Origin: Candidatus Syntropharchaeum butanivorans
GTDB taxonomy: Archaea; Halobacteriota; Syntropharchaeia; Syntropharchaeales; Syntropharchaeaceae
Direction: 5' to 3'
NCBI GenBank assembly: GCA_001766825.1
Contig: LYOR01000001.1
Location: 30,945 to 94,944, forward strand
DNA: 64,000 nt
The notes beneath the pieces are model-generated. The model did no database searches and had not been told where the DNA came from. It worked only from the letters and a program-made list of their open reading frames with translations. Shown here piece after piece: positions 30,646 to 41,125 of this stretch; position 1 is the first letter of the stretch, and each line of letters starts with the position of its first letter. The position numbers were made by a program, and so were the translations under genes.

Positions 30646-31185
30646 ATGGCTGAAGAGGTTGAAAGATCTGATAGTAAGTCTGAGATTGATCTATGGGAAA
30701 GGTTCAAATCAGATGAGATGGAGCCTGACACGCATGATGCTGAGGTGGTCGTGACACTGGTCGGGATGAGGCTTGCAAAGGAGGGGGTCGAGTTCATCTT
30801 TACGGGTGTGGCTGAGGAATGTGAGGCATGTCGGTTGCGTAACAGCTGTACAAACCTCGACGAGGGGAGGCGATACCGGGTTGTAAAGGTGAGAAGCGGG
30901 ACCGAGCACGACTGCCCGATCCATGATGGAGGGGTTATTGCTGTAGAGGTGATAGAACCCCCGATCAGGGCTGCGATCGAATCAAAGAAGTGCTTTGACA
31001 GATCTAAAATTATATATGATCCCGGGGTCTGCCGGTTCATCGACTGCGAGTTCAGAGACTTCTGTTTTGCCCCAGGACTTGTGAAGGGAGATAAATACAT
31101 CATACAGAATGTACTCGGGGATCTGGAGGACGGATGTAAGGATGGTCGGAGCCTCAAGCTGGTTGAGCTGAAGCGAGCTGTTTAG
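30646..31185 (+). CDS. UPF0179 family protein
   Basis: VTLVG.RLA..G.EF, C..C....C.NL..GRRY, CPIHDGG. Confidence 0.85.
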   Translation: MAEEVERSDSKSEIDLWERFKSDEMEPDTHDAEVVVTLVGMRLAKEGVEFIFTGVAEECEACRLRNSCTNLDEGRRYRVVKVRSGTEHDCPIHDGGVIAVEVIEPPIRAAIESKKCFDRSKIIYDPGVCRFIDCEFRDFCFAPGLVKGDKYIIQNVLGDLEDGCKDGRSLKLVELKRAV

Positions 31186-32106
31186 ATGAGCGAGATACGG
31201 AGGCACTACTTCCTTAATGAGTACTGTATCGTTGCATCCGGTAGAAAGAGACGCCCACATGACTTTGTGAAGAAGGATAAGGGGATCAGAACCTCGGCAA
31301 AGGACTGTCCTTTCTGCCCTGGTAACGAGAGTATGACCCCGCCTGAAAACGCGGTATACAGGCTTGGTTCTGGCAGACCATGGGATGTCAGATGCTTTGA
31401 TAACCTCTATCCCGCGCTGAACAAGCCGCACGGTTACCATGAGGTCATCGTCGATACCCCGGTGCATGACGGAAGCCCTGCTGGCTTCTCAGATGAAGAG
31501 ATGAACCTGATGGTGGAGGCTTACAGGGATCGGTTCGATTTTTACGCGAGGAAGGAAGGAATCTCCTATGTCTCGATCTTCAAGAATCATGGGAGGGAGG
31601 CAGGAGCATCGATCTATCATTCACATACGCAGCTGATTGCTCTTCCACTCATGCCACCAGAGATTGAGAGGGAAAGAAGCATCATCAAACGGCTTGATCG
31701 ATGCCCGTACTGTTCTATTGTTGATCAAGAGTCTGGATCAGACCGTGTGATCCTTGAGAACCGTGAATGGATCGCATTCTCTCCTTTCTACTCGCAAGTT
31801 CCCTTTGAGGTATGGATCCTACCAAGAAGGCATATAAACAACATCACCTATATGGACCAGGCTCAGACATCCTCCTTTATCAGGATCTTCAGGGATATTT
31901 TGAGCCGTTTAAGGGATGCGCTTGAGGATCCAGCTTATAACTACCATTTTATGCAGACAATCGGAGAGGATTACCATCTGAACATAAGGATCTTACCAAG
32001 AACGTCGATCAGAGCGGGATTTGAGCTTAATACAGGGGTATATATCATAACAGTCCCTCCAGAGGATGCAGCATCTTTTTTGAGGGAGGTCAGGGGGATT
32101 AGATAG
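31186..32106 (+). CDS. galT: galactose-1-phosphate uridylyltransferase (GalT/HIT family)
   Basis: R.RRP, CPFCPGNE, NLYPAL, HEVIV, GASIYHSHTQ, AGFEL.TG. Confidence 0.88.
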   Translation: MSEIRRHYFLNEYCIVASGRKRRPHDFVKKDKGIRTSAKDCPFCPGNESMTPPENAVYRLGSGRPWDVRCFDNLYPALNKPHGYHEVIVDTPVHDGSPAGFSDEEMNLMVEAYRDRFDFYARKEGISYVSIFKNHGREAGASIYHSHTQLIALPLMPPEIERERSIIKRLDRCPYCSIVDQESGSDRVILENREWIAFSPFYSQVPFEVWILPRRHINNITYMDQAQTSSFIRIFRDILSRLRDALEDPAYNYHFMQTIGEDYHLNIRILPRTSIRAGFELNTGVYIITVPPEDAASFLREVRGIR

Positions 32107-32167
32107 GGGCTCTCACCCTGTCTGTTAGCGTCCTCTCCTGCTATTAAGGGCTTCATAATCTTTATTA

Positions 32168-32330
32168 ATGAAAAGATCACTTCCTGATCGTTGATACCCG
32201 GCGGTGTGATGGATGTGGCAGGTGTGTGGAGGTCTGCCCATCAGGAATGCTTGAGGTTCTACCTGATGATTATGACCGCCCGGTTGTGCGGGTTAAGGAT
32301 GGTTTATCAAGCTCGATCGGGTACGTCTGA
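32168..32330 (+). pseudogene. 4Fe-4S ferredoxin remnant (frameshifted start, truncated)
   Basis: Frame from 32181 reads FLIVDTRRCDGCGRCVEVCPSGMLEV...; ATG 32168 is out of frame by one A; second Cys cluster absent. Confidence 0.6.
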
Positions 32331-32335
32331 CCCCT

Positions 32336-34213
32336 TTATATGCTCCCCACAAACTTCGGTCGCTTTGACAGGAGTACTGGGAGTGATAGCGGCTTATAGG
32401 GCATATCCCCCTGTTCTGCCTCAAGCAGACGTTTGAGTTCATCCACAGTCATCCTGACTTTCTTTGGCGACCTGAGTGTTGACTCCTTTCTCACCGTGAC
32501 GGTCAAGGTACCCTCTTCAGCCTCTTTTTTACCAACAACCACCACATACGGTATCCATTCACGCCCTGCATTTCTGATCTTCTTCCCCACAGTCTCATCC
32601 CGATCATCAATATCCACCCTGAAGGGGAGAGAGGAGGCGATGCTTCTCGCATACTCAAGCTCTCTGTCTGATACAGGGATTATCCTGACCTGGGTGGGTG
32701 AAAGCCAGAATGGTAGCATGGGTAGAGCCCCATCTTTATCCATATCCATCCATGCCCGCTCAAGAAGCGCATACATACACCGCTCAATCGCACCTGATGG
32801 TGAACAGTGGAGGATGATCGGCTCAACCTGGCTGTTATCCTCGTCAATATATCTGATTCCATACCTTTCAGCATTCTCAACGTCGATCTGGACGGTTGAG
32901 AGTGCGCTCGCCTTCCCGAGTGCATCGATGAAGTTGAACTCAAACTTCAGAATGAAGTAGAAGAACCGTTCATCCCATATTTCAAGAAGGACGGGCTTAT
33001 CAAGGAGCTTTGCAAGCTCTTTTATGAAGTCCGCATGCTCATCATAGAAGTCCTGCGTGAATCTGATCGCAACCTCATAATCAGAAGGATCAAGACCTAT
33101 CTCTCGGAGCAGATCGATGCACATCCTGTACTGATCCCTGAACTCCCGGATCGCCTCGTCCATATTCCTGCATAATGTGTGCATATCCGGCATTGTGAAC
33201 GCCCTGAGACGTCTCAGGCCCACAAGCTCCCCACGCTGCTCTCTTCTGAAGCTGTATCTTGTAAGCTCGAACATCCTGAGGGGCAGGTTTTTGTATGAGA
33301 TACTCATGTCATGGTTCATCAGAAACTGACCGAAACATGCGGCAAACCTCAAAAACAACTCTTTTCCCTTCTGATCCCCCACAATCCTGTACTGTCTTGC
33401 TGGGAAACGCTCAAGATACTTTTTAAGCGTCGGATGGCCTGAATCATACATGATCGGGGTCTCAACCTCCATGGCTCCACTTAAAACTGCTTTAGATGTT
33501 ACAAACTCCTCAAGAAGCTTTTTTATGAGCCTCCCTTTGGGGTAATACCTCAGATTACCCGGATCAGACGCATCCTCATAATCTGCAAGCTCAAGCCTCC
33601 TCATGAGCTCAACATGAGGGGGTGGTGTATCAACGACCCTGCTCTTTGAGGCCTCATACTCAAGAAATGCCCTGAGATTCTCAAAACCGGTAAAATCAAA
33701 CCCGGATGGATCAAGTATCTCCCCACCGGGTGTAAGTATCATGATCCTTGACTCTGCCTTTTCTTCCGCCTCAAGCGCCTCTGTCAGGATCTCTTCTGGC
33801 CTTATCGCTCTTGAGAGCTCTGATAGCGGATGCCCTTTACACCTGAGCGTGAACGCCTTGTACCATCCGAAAGGGGCCCTCATAAGGTCAAAATCACTCT
33901 TAAGAATATCCTCCATTCTTTTAAGTGTGTATATCGCAGAATCAGGGCTTGCTAAGCTTGAACTCAGATGTGCGTATGGGTAGAGGACGATACGATCTGC
34001 ATTGACCTTTTCTGCAACCTCTCTGATCTCAGAAACCGCGTCATCAGCAGCTCTATCGAGGTTCCCCTCATCCTCTTTCTCAACAGCGATAAAGACCGCA
34101 AGTACGTCATCCATCCTCCCGGACCTTCTCTCATCATCGATTTTTTCCGCAACCCCGGTCTCCCTCTTAACCTCATACTCGAGATAATCTGCGTGTATAA
34201 GCAAAAGCCGCAT
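32336..34213 (-). CDS. thrS: threonine--tRNA ligase (archaeal, N-terminal editing domain)
   Basis: [24 protein letters not shown]...[31 protein letters not shown]. Confidence 0.96.
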   Translation of the reverse strand: MRLLLIHADYLEYEVKRETGVAEKIDDERRSGRMDDVLAVFIAVEKEDEGNLDRAADDAVSEIREVAEKVNADRIVLYPYAHLSSSLASPDSAIYTLKRMEDILKSDFDLMRAPFGWYKAFTLRCKGHPLSELSRAIRPEEILTEALEAEEKAESRIMILTPGGEILDPSGFDFTGFENLRAFLEYEASKSRVVDTPPPHVELMRRLELADYEDASDPGNLRYYPKGRLIKKLLEEFVTSKAVLSGAMEVETPIMYDSGHPTLKKYLERFPARQYRIVGDQKGKELFLRFAACFGQFLMNHDMSISYKNLPLRMFELTRYSFRREQRGELVGLRRLRAFTMPDMHTLCRNMDEAIREFRDQYRMCIDLLREIGLDPSDYEVAIRFTQDFYDEHADFIKELAKLLDKPVLLEIWDERFFYFILKFEFNFIDALGKASALSTVQIDVENAERYGIRYIDEDNSQVEPIILHCSPSGAIERCMYALLERAWMDMDKDGALPMLPFWLSPTQVRIIPVSDRELEYARSIASSLPFRVDIDDRDETVGKKIRNAGREWIPYVVVVGKKEAEEGTLTVTVRKESTLRSPKKVRMTVDELKRLLEAEQGDMPYKPLSLPVLLSKRPKFVGSI

Positions 34214-34214
34214 C

Positions 34215-35195
34215 TTACACCTCCGTTATATTTGAAAGAAGCGCTTCAAGCTGTATCTTCTCATTCGCACCCTCAAGAAGCCTCATATCAAAATCAGCCA
34301 TCGTGAGAACGACCTCCTCTATACGTCTTCCAAGAGAGGCCCTTCCTGATACAAGCACCTCATGGATCATACCAAGCACCTCTTCTCCCGTCAAACCCTC
34401 ATCGACCAGAAGCTCCTCGATCAATCTTGAAACCCGGACAGAGTCCCCCCTCATCCCGGCAGATATCAGCTCATCGATCCGCTCATCTGAGAGGCTGGGA
34501 AGCTCGCCTGTGAGTGCCAGATACTGGAGTGCATATATCGCATCCCCCATACTCCCTCCTGCACGAGATACGACCTCATGGATCAGCTCTTCATCGATCT
34601 TAACCCCTTCAGCAGCGAGTATCTCTCCAAGACGTCTCATGATGAGCCCGTCCCTGATTGGAGCAAGATACAGATTCAGCGCCCGGGATCTTAAAGGAGG
34701 AATAATCCTCGAGGGTCTTCTGGTTGTGAATAAAAACCTACATGTGCGATTATAACGCTCAATCATCCTTCTTAATGCGTGTTGTGCCTCAAAAGTGAGT
34801 GCATCTGCATTTCTGAAGAATATAACCTTAAAATCTGCTCCTATCGGCATGAGCGAGGCATACTCGTTTATGACCTCCTTAAAAGTCTCAATTACGGGCT
34901 TATTCTTATCATAGAAGTGCTCAAATCGATCTTCAGCCTCAAGATACGCCTTACCCCGGTTGAAAAAGTCTGAGGCATCTATCTCAACGAGGTTATCCTC
35001 AAATCTCTCGCCATAAAGTCCTTTTGCAAGAAGATAAACGAGTGTACTCTTTCCAACCCCTGCTCTTCCATGGAGAAGGAGGTTCGGGATGCTGCCCCGC
35101 TTGACGTACGACCTGAACCTCTCAACAACCGTACGCTGCCCCACCACCTCATCAAACGACCTTGGTCGGTACTTTTCGATCCAGATCTCACTCAA
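34215..35195 (-). CDS. replication factor C small subunit, second paralogue type
   Basis: [29 protein letters not shown]; Walker B degenerate (FFRNAD). Confidence 0.85.
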   Translation of the reverse strand: MSEIWIEKYRPRSFDEVVGQRTVVERFRSYVKRGSIPNLLLHGRAGVGKSTLVYLLAKGLYGERFEDNLVEIDASDFFNRGKAYLEAEDRFEHFYDKNKPVIETFKEVINEYASLMPIGADFKVIFFRNADALTFEAQHALRRMIERYNRTCRFLFTTRRPSRIIPPLRSRALNLYLAPIRDGLIMRRLGEILAAEGVKIDEELIHEVVSRAGGSMGDAIYALQYLALTGELPSLSDERIDELISAGMRGDSVRVSRLIEELLVDEGLTGEEVLGMIHEVLVSGRASLGRRIEEVVLTMADFDMRLLEGANEKIQLEALLSNITEV

Positions 35196-35907
35196 ACTGG
35201 ATCCCCTCCAGATCCCTCACACCATCCTCCCTCAGGACAAATTCGCATGATAGACCCTCCGGACGCGACCTGTGCTTTCTTATTATCGCCCTGCGCCTGC
35301 CGCCACTGAGTCTCTCAAGCTCAAGGATCGTTTTAGATGTGTACTCAAATATAAGACCGCCGATGGGGCATAGCTTCTCACTATCGATATCTGTGTAGAC
35401 CTGGTTTGTCACAACAGCGGCAAAGTTCCGTCTTCTTGCAAGCTCAAGGAGCGTGATCATCTGGGATCCAAGCTGGCGTCTCAGCTCCTTCCCGGTCTCA
35501 TCGTCAAGCTCGAGGCGGTAGAACATCGTTGCAGAATCAAGTACCACGACACCTATGTCCTCACTGAGGTTCTTGAGCTCTTCAATCGCGCTCTGCTGCT
35601 GATGAAAGTTGAGCGGTTCGAAGATCATCACGTTTGCCGCGATCTGCCTGAAGTTCTCACCCGCGATCTGCCTGAATCGCTCAGGGGACAAACCCTCGGT
35701 ATCGATATACACCGCTTTCTTTCCACGCTTGACACACTCAACAACAAGCTGAATGCATATATTCGTCTTTCCTGAGCCAGGCCCACCATAGATCTGAGAT
35801 ACAGCACCTGCTTCAAACCCCCCACCGAGAAGACGATCCAGGCTCCTGCATCCCGTCTGCCACCGTTCAATAACCGCCTCAAGCTCAGAAGAACGCTCCA
35901 TTCTCAC
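35188..35907 (-). CDS. radB: DNA repair protein RadB
   Basis: GGPGSGKTN, YIDTEGLS.ER, TNQVY, RKHR motif. Confidence 0.93.
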   Translation of the reverse strand: MRMERSSELEAVIERWQTGCRSLDRLLGGGFEAGAVSQIYGGPGSGKTNICIQLVVECVKRGKKAVYIDTEGLSPERFRQIAGENFRQIAANVMIFEPLNFHQQQSAIEELKNLSEDIGVVVLDSATMFYRLELDDETGKELRRQLGSQMITLLELARRRNFAAVVTNQVYTDIDSEKLCPIGGLIFEYTSKTILELERLSGGRRRAIIRKHRSRPEGLSCEFVLREDGVRDLEGIQFE

Positions 35908-36983
35908 CGCAGAAACTTCGTCTCAAAACCACGCTCCTGGAGTATCTCACGGGTGAGTCCTGTCAGGACAACCTCTGCAAATCTCAGATCCTCCACCGTC
36001 TTCGAGCCTGTCAGGAACATCGCGACCTTCAACTCCTCAAGCACCTGTCTTATTCGATCTATCACAGCATCAGCCCCTCTGAGTGCCGGCTCAACAAGTG
36101 GTAGTGCCATCCCACAGACCGTGGCACCGAGTGCGATCGATTTTGCGATATCGATACCACTCCTGACGCCCCCTGTTGCAATCACCGGTATCCCGAAGTC
36201 CTTGCATTCAACGATCGAGACGGTTGTGAGTATCCCCCAGTTCCAGAATGCCCGTCCAAGGTGCTCCTTCATCTCATTCCCCTCTGCCTTTGCACGATGC
36301 ACCTCAATACCCGCCCAGCTCGTTCCACCGGCGCCACCGACATCTATCGCGGCAACCCCTGCCTGAGCAAGCATATATCCAACCTTATGTGAGATCCCTG
36401 CCCCGGTCTCCTTGACGATGACAGGCACGTCAAGCCTCGTGCATATCCTGTTGATCGCGGTGATACACCCGATCGCGTTGACGTCCCCCTCAGGTTGTAT
36501 CGCCTCCTGGAGGAAGTTGAGGTGTATCGCGACCGCGTCTGCATCGATCATCTCAACGGCACGTTTCACCCCGCCAATACCGTACTTTGCAAGCTGTGGG
36601 GCTCCGATGTTGGCATACACAAACGCATCTGGTGCCACGTCCCGCACAACCCTGAATGATTCCTCCTGTTCTGGATCTTCAAGTGCTGCCCGCTGGCTTC
36701 CAACTCCTATCCCAATTCCAAGCCGCTTTGCAGCCTCTGCAAGGCTCCGGTTGACCTCAATGGTCTCTGGATGCCCGCCTGTCATTGATGCAATCAGAAG
36801 CGGTGCCTCAAGCTCCCTCCCGAGAAACCTTGTCTTAAGGCTTATCTCATTCATGTCAATCTCAGGGAGGGCGTTATGAATCAGCCAGACATCTTCAAAG
36901 CAGGATACACTATGCTCAACGTCCTCCTCTGCACATAGCCTCAGGTGATCAAGCTTCCTCTTTGATGTTGCGTTCAATCCCAT
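35904..36983 (-). CDS. fni: type 2 isopentenyl-diphosphate delta-isomerase
   Basis: [36 protein letters not shown]. Confidence 0.95.
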   Translation of the reverse strand: MGLNATSKRKLDHLRLCAEEDVEHSVSCFEDVWLIHNALPEIDMNEISLKTRFLGRELEAPLLIASMTGGHPETIEVNRSLAEAAKRLGIGIGVGSQRAALEDPEQEESFRVVRDVAPDAFVYANIGAPQLAKYGIGGVKRAVEMIDADAVAIHLNFLQEAIQPEGDVNAIGCITAINRICTRLDVPVIVKETGAGISHKVGYMLAQAGVAAIDVGGAGGTSWAGIEVHRAKAEGNEMKEHLGRAFWNWGILTTVSIVECKDFGIPVIATGGVRSGIDIAKSIALGATVCGMALPLVEPALRGADAVIDRIRQVLEELKVAMFLTGSKTVEDLRFAEVVLTGLTREILQERGFETKFLR

Positions 36984-37087
36984 GCACCTTTCATCGCTTT
37001 TACAATCATTCGGCAGGATGGGTTAAAGTCTTTTGGTAAGTAACCTACATATAGTATTGTAGAGGCCATAGACCAGGGAGGAGTTCT

Positions 37088-38227
37088 GTGGATCAGAAGG
37101 ATGAAAGATGGTTTGATAAGTACCATCCATATCTTGTCATGGTACTGATTGCCCTTTTTGCGGGTGGTATTGGCGGGATGCTCGGGTATCATGGGGCGAT
37201 GCATGAAAAAGTATCTCAGGAGAGGCTTTGTGCCATAAATCTCACATCAAGTGATGGAGCAATAGTTGTCGGGATATTTGAGGATGTTAAGCGTTCGATG
37301 GTCCATATAGAATCTTCAAGGACTAATATAAGCGGTATAAAGCATCCATTTCCGATAAACGGGACTGGTTCTGGCTTCGTTATAGAGTTCAATGGGTCAA
37401 GGTATATCCTGACAAACGAGCATGTGATAACAGAGGCCGATGACCTCAGGGTGACGCTATTTGATGGAACGAGGGTGGAGGCAGAGCTTCTTGGATCAGA
37501 CCCGATGACAGATATCGCTGTGATCAGGGCAGAGCTTCCAGATTATATCCCACCGCTCACACTCGGTGACTCTGACAGGATCCTCCCTGGTCAGCTTGCG
37601 ATCGCAATCGGTAACCCTTACGCGCTTGATAACACGATCACACTCGGGATCATCAGCGGGCTTGATAGAACAATCACAACAGAATCAGGATACACAGTTC
37701 ACGGGGTTATCCAGACAGATGCTGCGATAAATCCCGGAAACAGCGGGGGTCCACTTTTAAATGCAAGAGGGGAAGTTATCGGGATAAATAGCGCGATAAT
37801 GCCATTTGCAGAGGGTATAGGGTTTGCAATACCGATAAATACCGCGAAGAATGTATCATCCGAGATCATAAAGCACGGGAAAGTTATAAGACCGTGGATC
37901 GGTATTACAGGCGTGGATCTAACCCCTGAGCTGGCAAAGATGGCAGGGGTTGATCTTGATGGAGGGGTTCTCATCGTTGATGTCTTTGAAGGCGGGCCTG
38001 CAGATGAGGCAGGGCTTCGTGGCTCAGGGTCACATCTTGGGGAGGAGAACTTTGAGCCCGGAGATATAATCATCGGGTTTGATGGCAAGCAGATCAGGAC
38101 GATGGATGAGCTCATAAATGCGATTCTTCAGCATGAGGTGGGGGATGAGGTTGAGATCGTATATATCAGGGATGGGACCAGGATGAAGGCAGATGTGAGG
38201 CTGATGGAGAGACCTGGTGGGATATGA
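37088..38227 (+). CDS. HtrA/DegP-like serine protease with PDZ domain, membrane anchored
   Basis: GSGF, TNEHV, DIAV, QTDAAINPGNSGGPL, PDZ. Confidence 0.92.
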   Translation: MDQKDERWFDKYHPYLVMVLIALFAGGIGGMLGYHGAMHEKVSQERLCAINLTSSDGAIVVGIFEDVKRSMVHIESSRTNISGIKHPFPINGTGSGFVIEFNGSRYILTNEHVITEADDLRVTLFDGTRVEAELLGSDPMTDIAVIRAELPDYIPPLTLGDSDRILPGQLAIAIGNPYALDNTITLGIISGLDRTITTESGYTVHGVIQTDAAINPGNSGGPLLNARGEVIGINSAIMPFAEGIGFAIPINTAKNVSSEIIKHGKVIRPWIGITGVDLTPELAKMAGVDLDGGVLIVDVFEGGPADEAGLRGSGSHLGEENFEPGDIIIGFDGKQIRTMDELINAILQHEVGDEVEIVYIRDGTRMKADVRLMERPGGI

Positions 38228-38265
38228 GGGGAAAATTTTATCTTAATCCTTGAATAGATGAGGCT

Positions 38266-39234
38266 GTGATGAGGACGGTATGGTTGCAGATGAGAATGGC
38301 CCTGGTTGTTGCAGCACTCTTTGCCATAATATACGCGTTCTTATCTCTCATCGCCTATGCTGCAGGGCTTGGGACCCCGATCGTTTTTGCCATCCTCGCG
38401 TCTGTTCTTGTTGGGTTCCAGTTTCTCATCGGCCCCAAGATCGTTGAGTGGTCGATGAGGGTGAGATACGTCGATGAGATGGAAGCACCTCGACTTCACA
38501 GGTTAATCGAACGGCTTGCAAGAGATGCAGGTATACCAAAGCCCAGGGTGGGAATTGCCGAGGTCCCGATCCCGAACGCGTTCGCCTTCGGTCGCTCGAA
38601 GCGAGATGCAAGGATCTGTGTGACACGGGCGCTTCTTAACATGCTTGATGAGGGGGAGCTTGAAGCGGTGCTCGGGCATGAGATCTCCCATATCAGGCAC
38701 AGGGATGTCGCTGTGATAACAGCTCTCAGCGTCATACCGATGATCTGTTACTTCATATTCCAGTCGTTCTTCTTCTCCGGCCTCTTTGGAGGGCGTGATC
38801 GGAACAACGCAGGTCTGCTCGCAGTTGCAGCAGTTGCTTTCATCGTCTACTTTGTCTCTAACCTCCTCGTCCTCTATGCATCAAGGATCAGGGAGTATTA
38901 TGCGGATGAGGGGAGTGCAAGGCTCACAGGGAAGCCACATGAGCTTGCATCAGCCCTGTATAAGATGATTTACGGTAGTGTGCGCGTGAAACGGGAGGAT
39001 TTAAGGGAAATTGAGGGAATAAGGGCATTCTTTGCGACAGATCCGGCTCGAGCACGGAGAGACATAGTAGACCTGATGAGTGCCGATCTTAACAGGGATG
39101 GCAAGATCGATCCCTATGAGCTTAGGCGGTTCTCAGCCGAAGCAGGGTCTGTGAGCACACTTGAGCGATTTATGGAGCTTTTCTCAACCCATCCAAACCC
39201 TGTAAATCGTATAAAAAGGCTTGGAAACCTTTAG
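38266..39234 (+). CDS. htpX: zinc metalloprotease HtpX
   Basis: PNAFA, HEISH, SRIREYYAD, FSTHP. Confidence 0.92.
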   Translation: MMRTVWLQMRMALVVAALFAIIYAFLSLIAYAAGLGTPIVFAILASVLVGFQFLIGPKIVEWSMRVRYVDEMEAPRLHRLIERLARDAGIPKPRVGIAEVPIPNAFAFGRSKRDARICVTRALLNMLDEGELEAVLGHEISHIRHRDVAVITALSVIPMICYFIFQSFFFSGLFGGRDRNNAGLLAVAAVAFIVYFVSNLLVLYASRIREYYADEGSARLTGKPHELASALYKMIYGSVRVKREDLREIEGIRAFFATDPARARRDIVDLMSADLNRDGKIDPYELRRFSAEAGSVSTLERFMELFSTHPNPVNRIKRLGNL

Positions 39235-39264
39235 CTTTAAAAATAAGGAAGGGGGTATACCCCC

Positions 39265-40830
39265 TTAAAGCACACGCCTGCACATCCAGTCGATGAACCG
39301 ATCAAGCGGGTTCATGTTATGATGCAGGAATATGAACGGCCTCCTCCACCGGTGCTTGTACCCCGGAACCCTTGCAAGGAGGTGGTTTATCGGGTTAAGC
39401 ACAAGCGGCAGACACCTGTTCCACCATGTTCCACCGATTATATCCCATATCCAGTCACTCGGGTCAATCTCCCTGTACTCCTCCCTGCCCTCGATGATGT
39501 TATCAAACTCATCTCTAACAGGCCTGACAATGATCGGACGCTTGATCTTCGCACGCTCGTTTCTTGTGATCTCTCTCCACGGCCCCCTGCCACGGTTAAT
39601 GTGAGAGAACCTGAAGAGGATGTTAAGCAATTTATATGACTCCCCTCTGCATTCTTTGTAGAGTATCTCAGATAAGAGATACGGGTCAACGAGCCTCCCA
39701 AGCCCCTCACCAGGCCGGTTTCCATAGAGCCTTGCGGTTCTGATGTGCCGCTGCTTTCTGATGAGTGTATCTGGATAGAGGTCGTACCTGGTGGGATCAT
39801 CCTTGATCGTTGCAAATGCCTGTGATGTGACCGTGGGATCCTTTCCTGCGATGATCTGTGAGAGATCCTCAACCCCTTTCTTCTTTCTCTCCTCCTCAAG
39901 GACGTACTTTCTCCTCTTCTTGAGCTCAGCCCTCCATGCCCGCTGCTCAGGGCTTTTGTACTCCTCAATCTCACGCTTTATCTGCTCAAGCCATTTCTTC
40001 TTCCACTCTTTAAGCTCCTGCTTGACCTTTGCAATCCGTGCCTTTCGCTCTGCCTTCATCTGCTTTATCTCCTGCTTCTTGAGCCAGATCTCAGGGTATA
40101 TCTCCTTGGGCCAGCGGATATCAAATAACCGCCTGTACCTCCACTGATCTGCCTTGATCTTCTTGATATCAGCCTTTGCCTGCTGGATCTTTGTCCAGAG
40201 GATATAAATCTGCTCATCATAGCATGGCGGTACGTTGTGAAGGCATCGATCGATCGAGGCACACCCTGACAGCTGATGGTAACCCCGTAGACGGATCTTA
40301 TGGGTCCACAGGGTGTGGCCCGCAATCCAGCAGAAGATGTCTCCCCACGTCCAGAAGTTGTAGACGTGGTTGTTGATAAGCTCAAGGTCGTCGAACTGGC
40401 CCCTTGACCATGACTCAACCTCCATGCGATCGTTCCAGTTGTAAAGCGGTATCGCCTTGACGTAGTCCTGCCCTCTTATCGCAGGGAAGAAGGCTTTCCC
40501 ATCGAGCCATACAAACTCGGCGGTCTGCTGTCTGTATTTACGTGCGTGTATCCTGAGAAACTCCCACTTGAGCTCTGGCTTCTGGGTGTTGACCCAGCCT
40601 GAGGCTGTATCTGCCATCATGTTGATCTTGTTCGTCCTTGCAGGCTCTTCGTCAACCTCCTGACCCTCTGAGAGGGGGGAGCCGAACTTCGCAAACTTCT
40701 TCGGGAAGCGCTCTTTGAGCTCCTGAATAAAAGTCTCATCATCGTATTTTCCCTCGATGATGAGCTTCATGTACTTATCAGCCAGCTCCTTGTCCCTCTT
40801 TCTCCCAAAAATTCTCCCCATATCATCCAC
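39265..40830 (-). CDS. hypothetical protein (521 aa, Trp/Lys/Arg-rich, central coiled coil)
   Basis: Long ORF with strong coding codon pattern; no family recognised. Confidence 0.75.
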   Translation of the reverse strand: MDDMGRIFGRKRDKELADKYMKLIIEGKYDDETFIQELKERFPKKFAKFGSPLSEGQEVDEEPARTNKINMMADTASGWVNTQKPELKWEFLRIHARKYRQQTAEFVWLDGKAFFPAIRGQDYVKAIPLYNWNDRMEVESWSRGQFDDLELINNHVYNFWTWGDIFCWIAGHTLWTHKIRLRGYHQLSGCASIDRCLHNVPPCYDEQIYILWTKIQQAKADIKKIKADQWRYRRLFDIRWPKEIYPEIWLKKQEIKQMKAERKARIAKVKQELKEWKKKWLEQIKREIEEYKSPEQRAWRAELKKRRKYVLEEERKKKGVEDLSQIIAGKDPTVTSQAFATIKDDPTRYDLYPDTLIRKQRHIRTARLYGNRPGEGLGRLVDPYLLSEILYKECRGESYKLLNILFRFSHINRGRGPWREITRNERAKIKRPIIVRPVRDEFDNIIEGREEYREIDPSDWIWDIIGGTWWNRCLPLVLNPINHLLARVPGYKHRWRRPFIFLHHNMNPLDRFIDWMCRRVL

Positions 40831-40885
40831 CTTCTACCCTTTTAATGATTATAATTGCCCTCAAAAATATAAGGGTGTGGGACGA

Positions 40886-41125
40886 TCACTCCTCCACCTG
40901 GATGAGATACTGGTTTGCACAGACCGGACACTCTGGATCAGGGATCCATTCACCCTCCTTGTAGAACGTCGAGCAGTTCGGGCACTCGTAGGCGTTGTTT
41001 CCCTTCGGCATGAGCCTTATCCTGTGCCCGCACCTGCAAACCGGACAGACCGGAACAATCTTTAACTCAGACTCATCACCCTTCCAGTCACACGCGTTAC
41101 AGTAGTATTTCGTCATATCGATCAC
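40886..41125 (-). CDS. small protein with four CxxC knuckles (Zn-ribbon/rubredoxin-like)
   Basis: CNAC, CPVC, CPNC, CPVC in 79 aa; abuts the upstream gene. Confidence 0.8.
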   Translation of the reverse strand: MIDMTKYYCNACDWKGDESELKIVPVCPVCRCGHRIRLMPKGNNAYECPNCSTFYKEGEWIPDPECPVCANQYLIQVEE

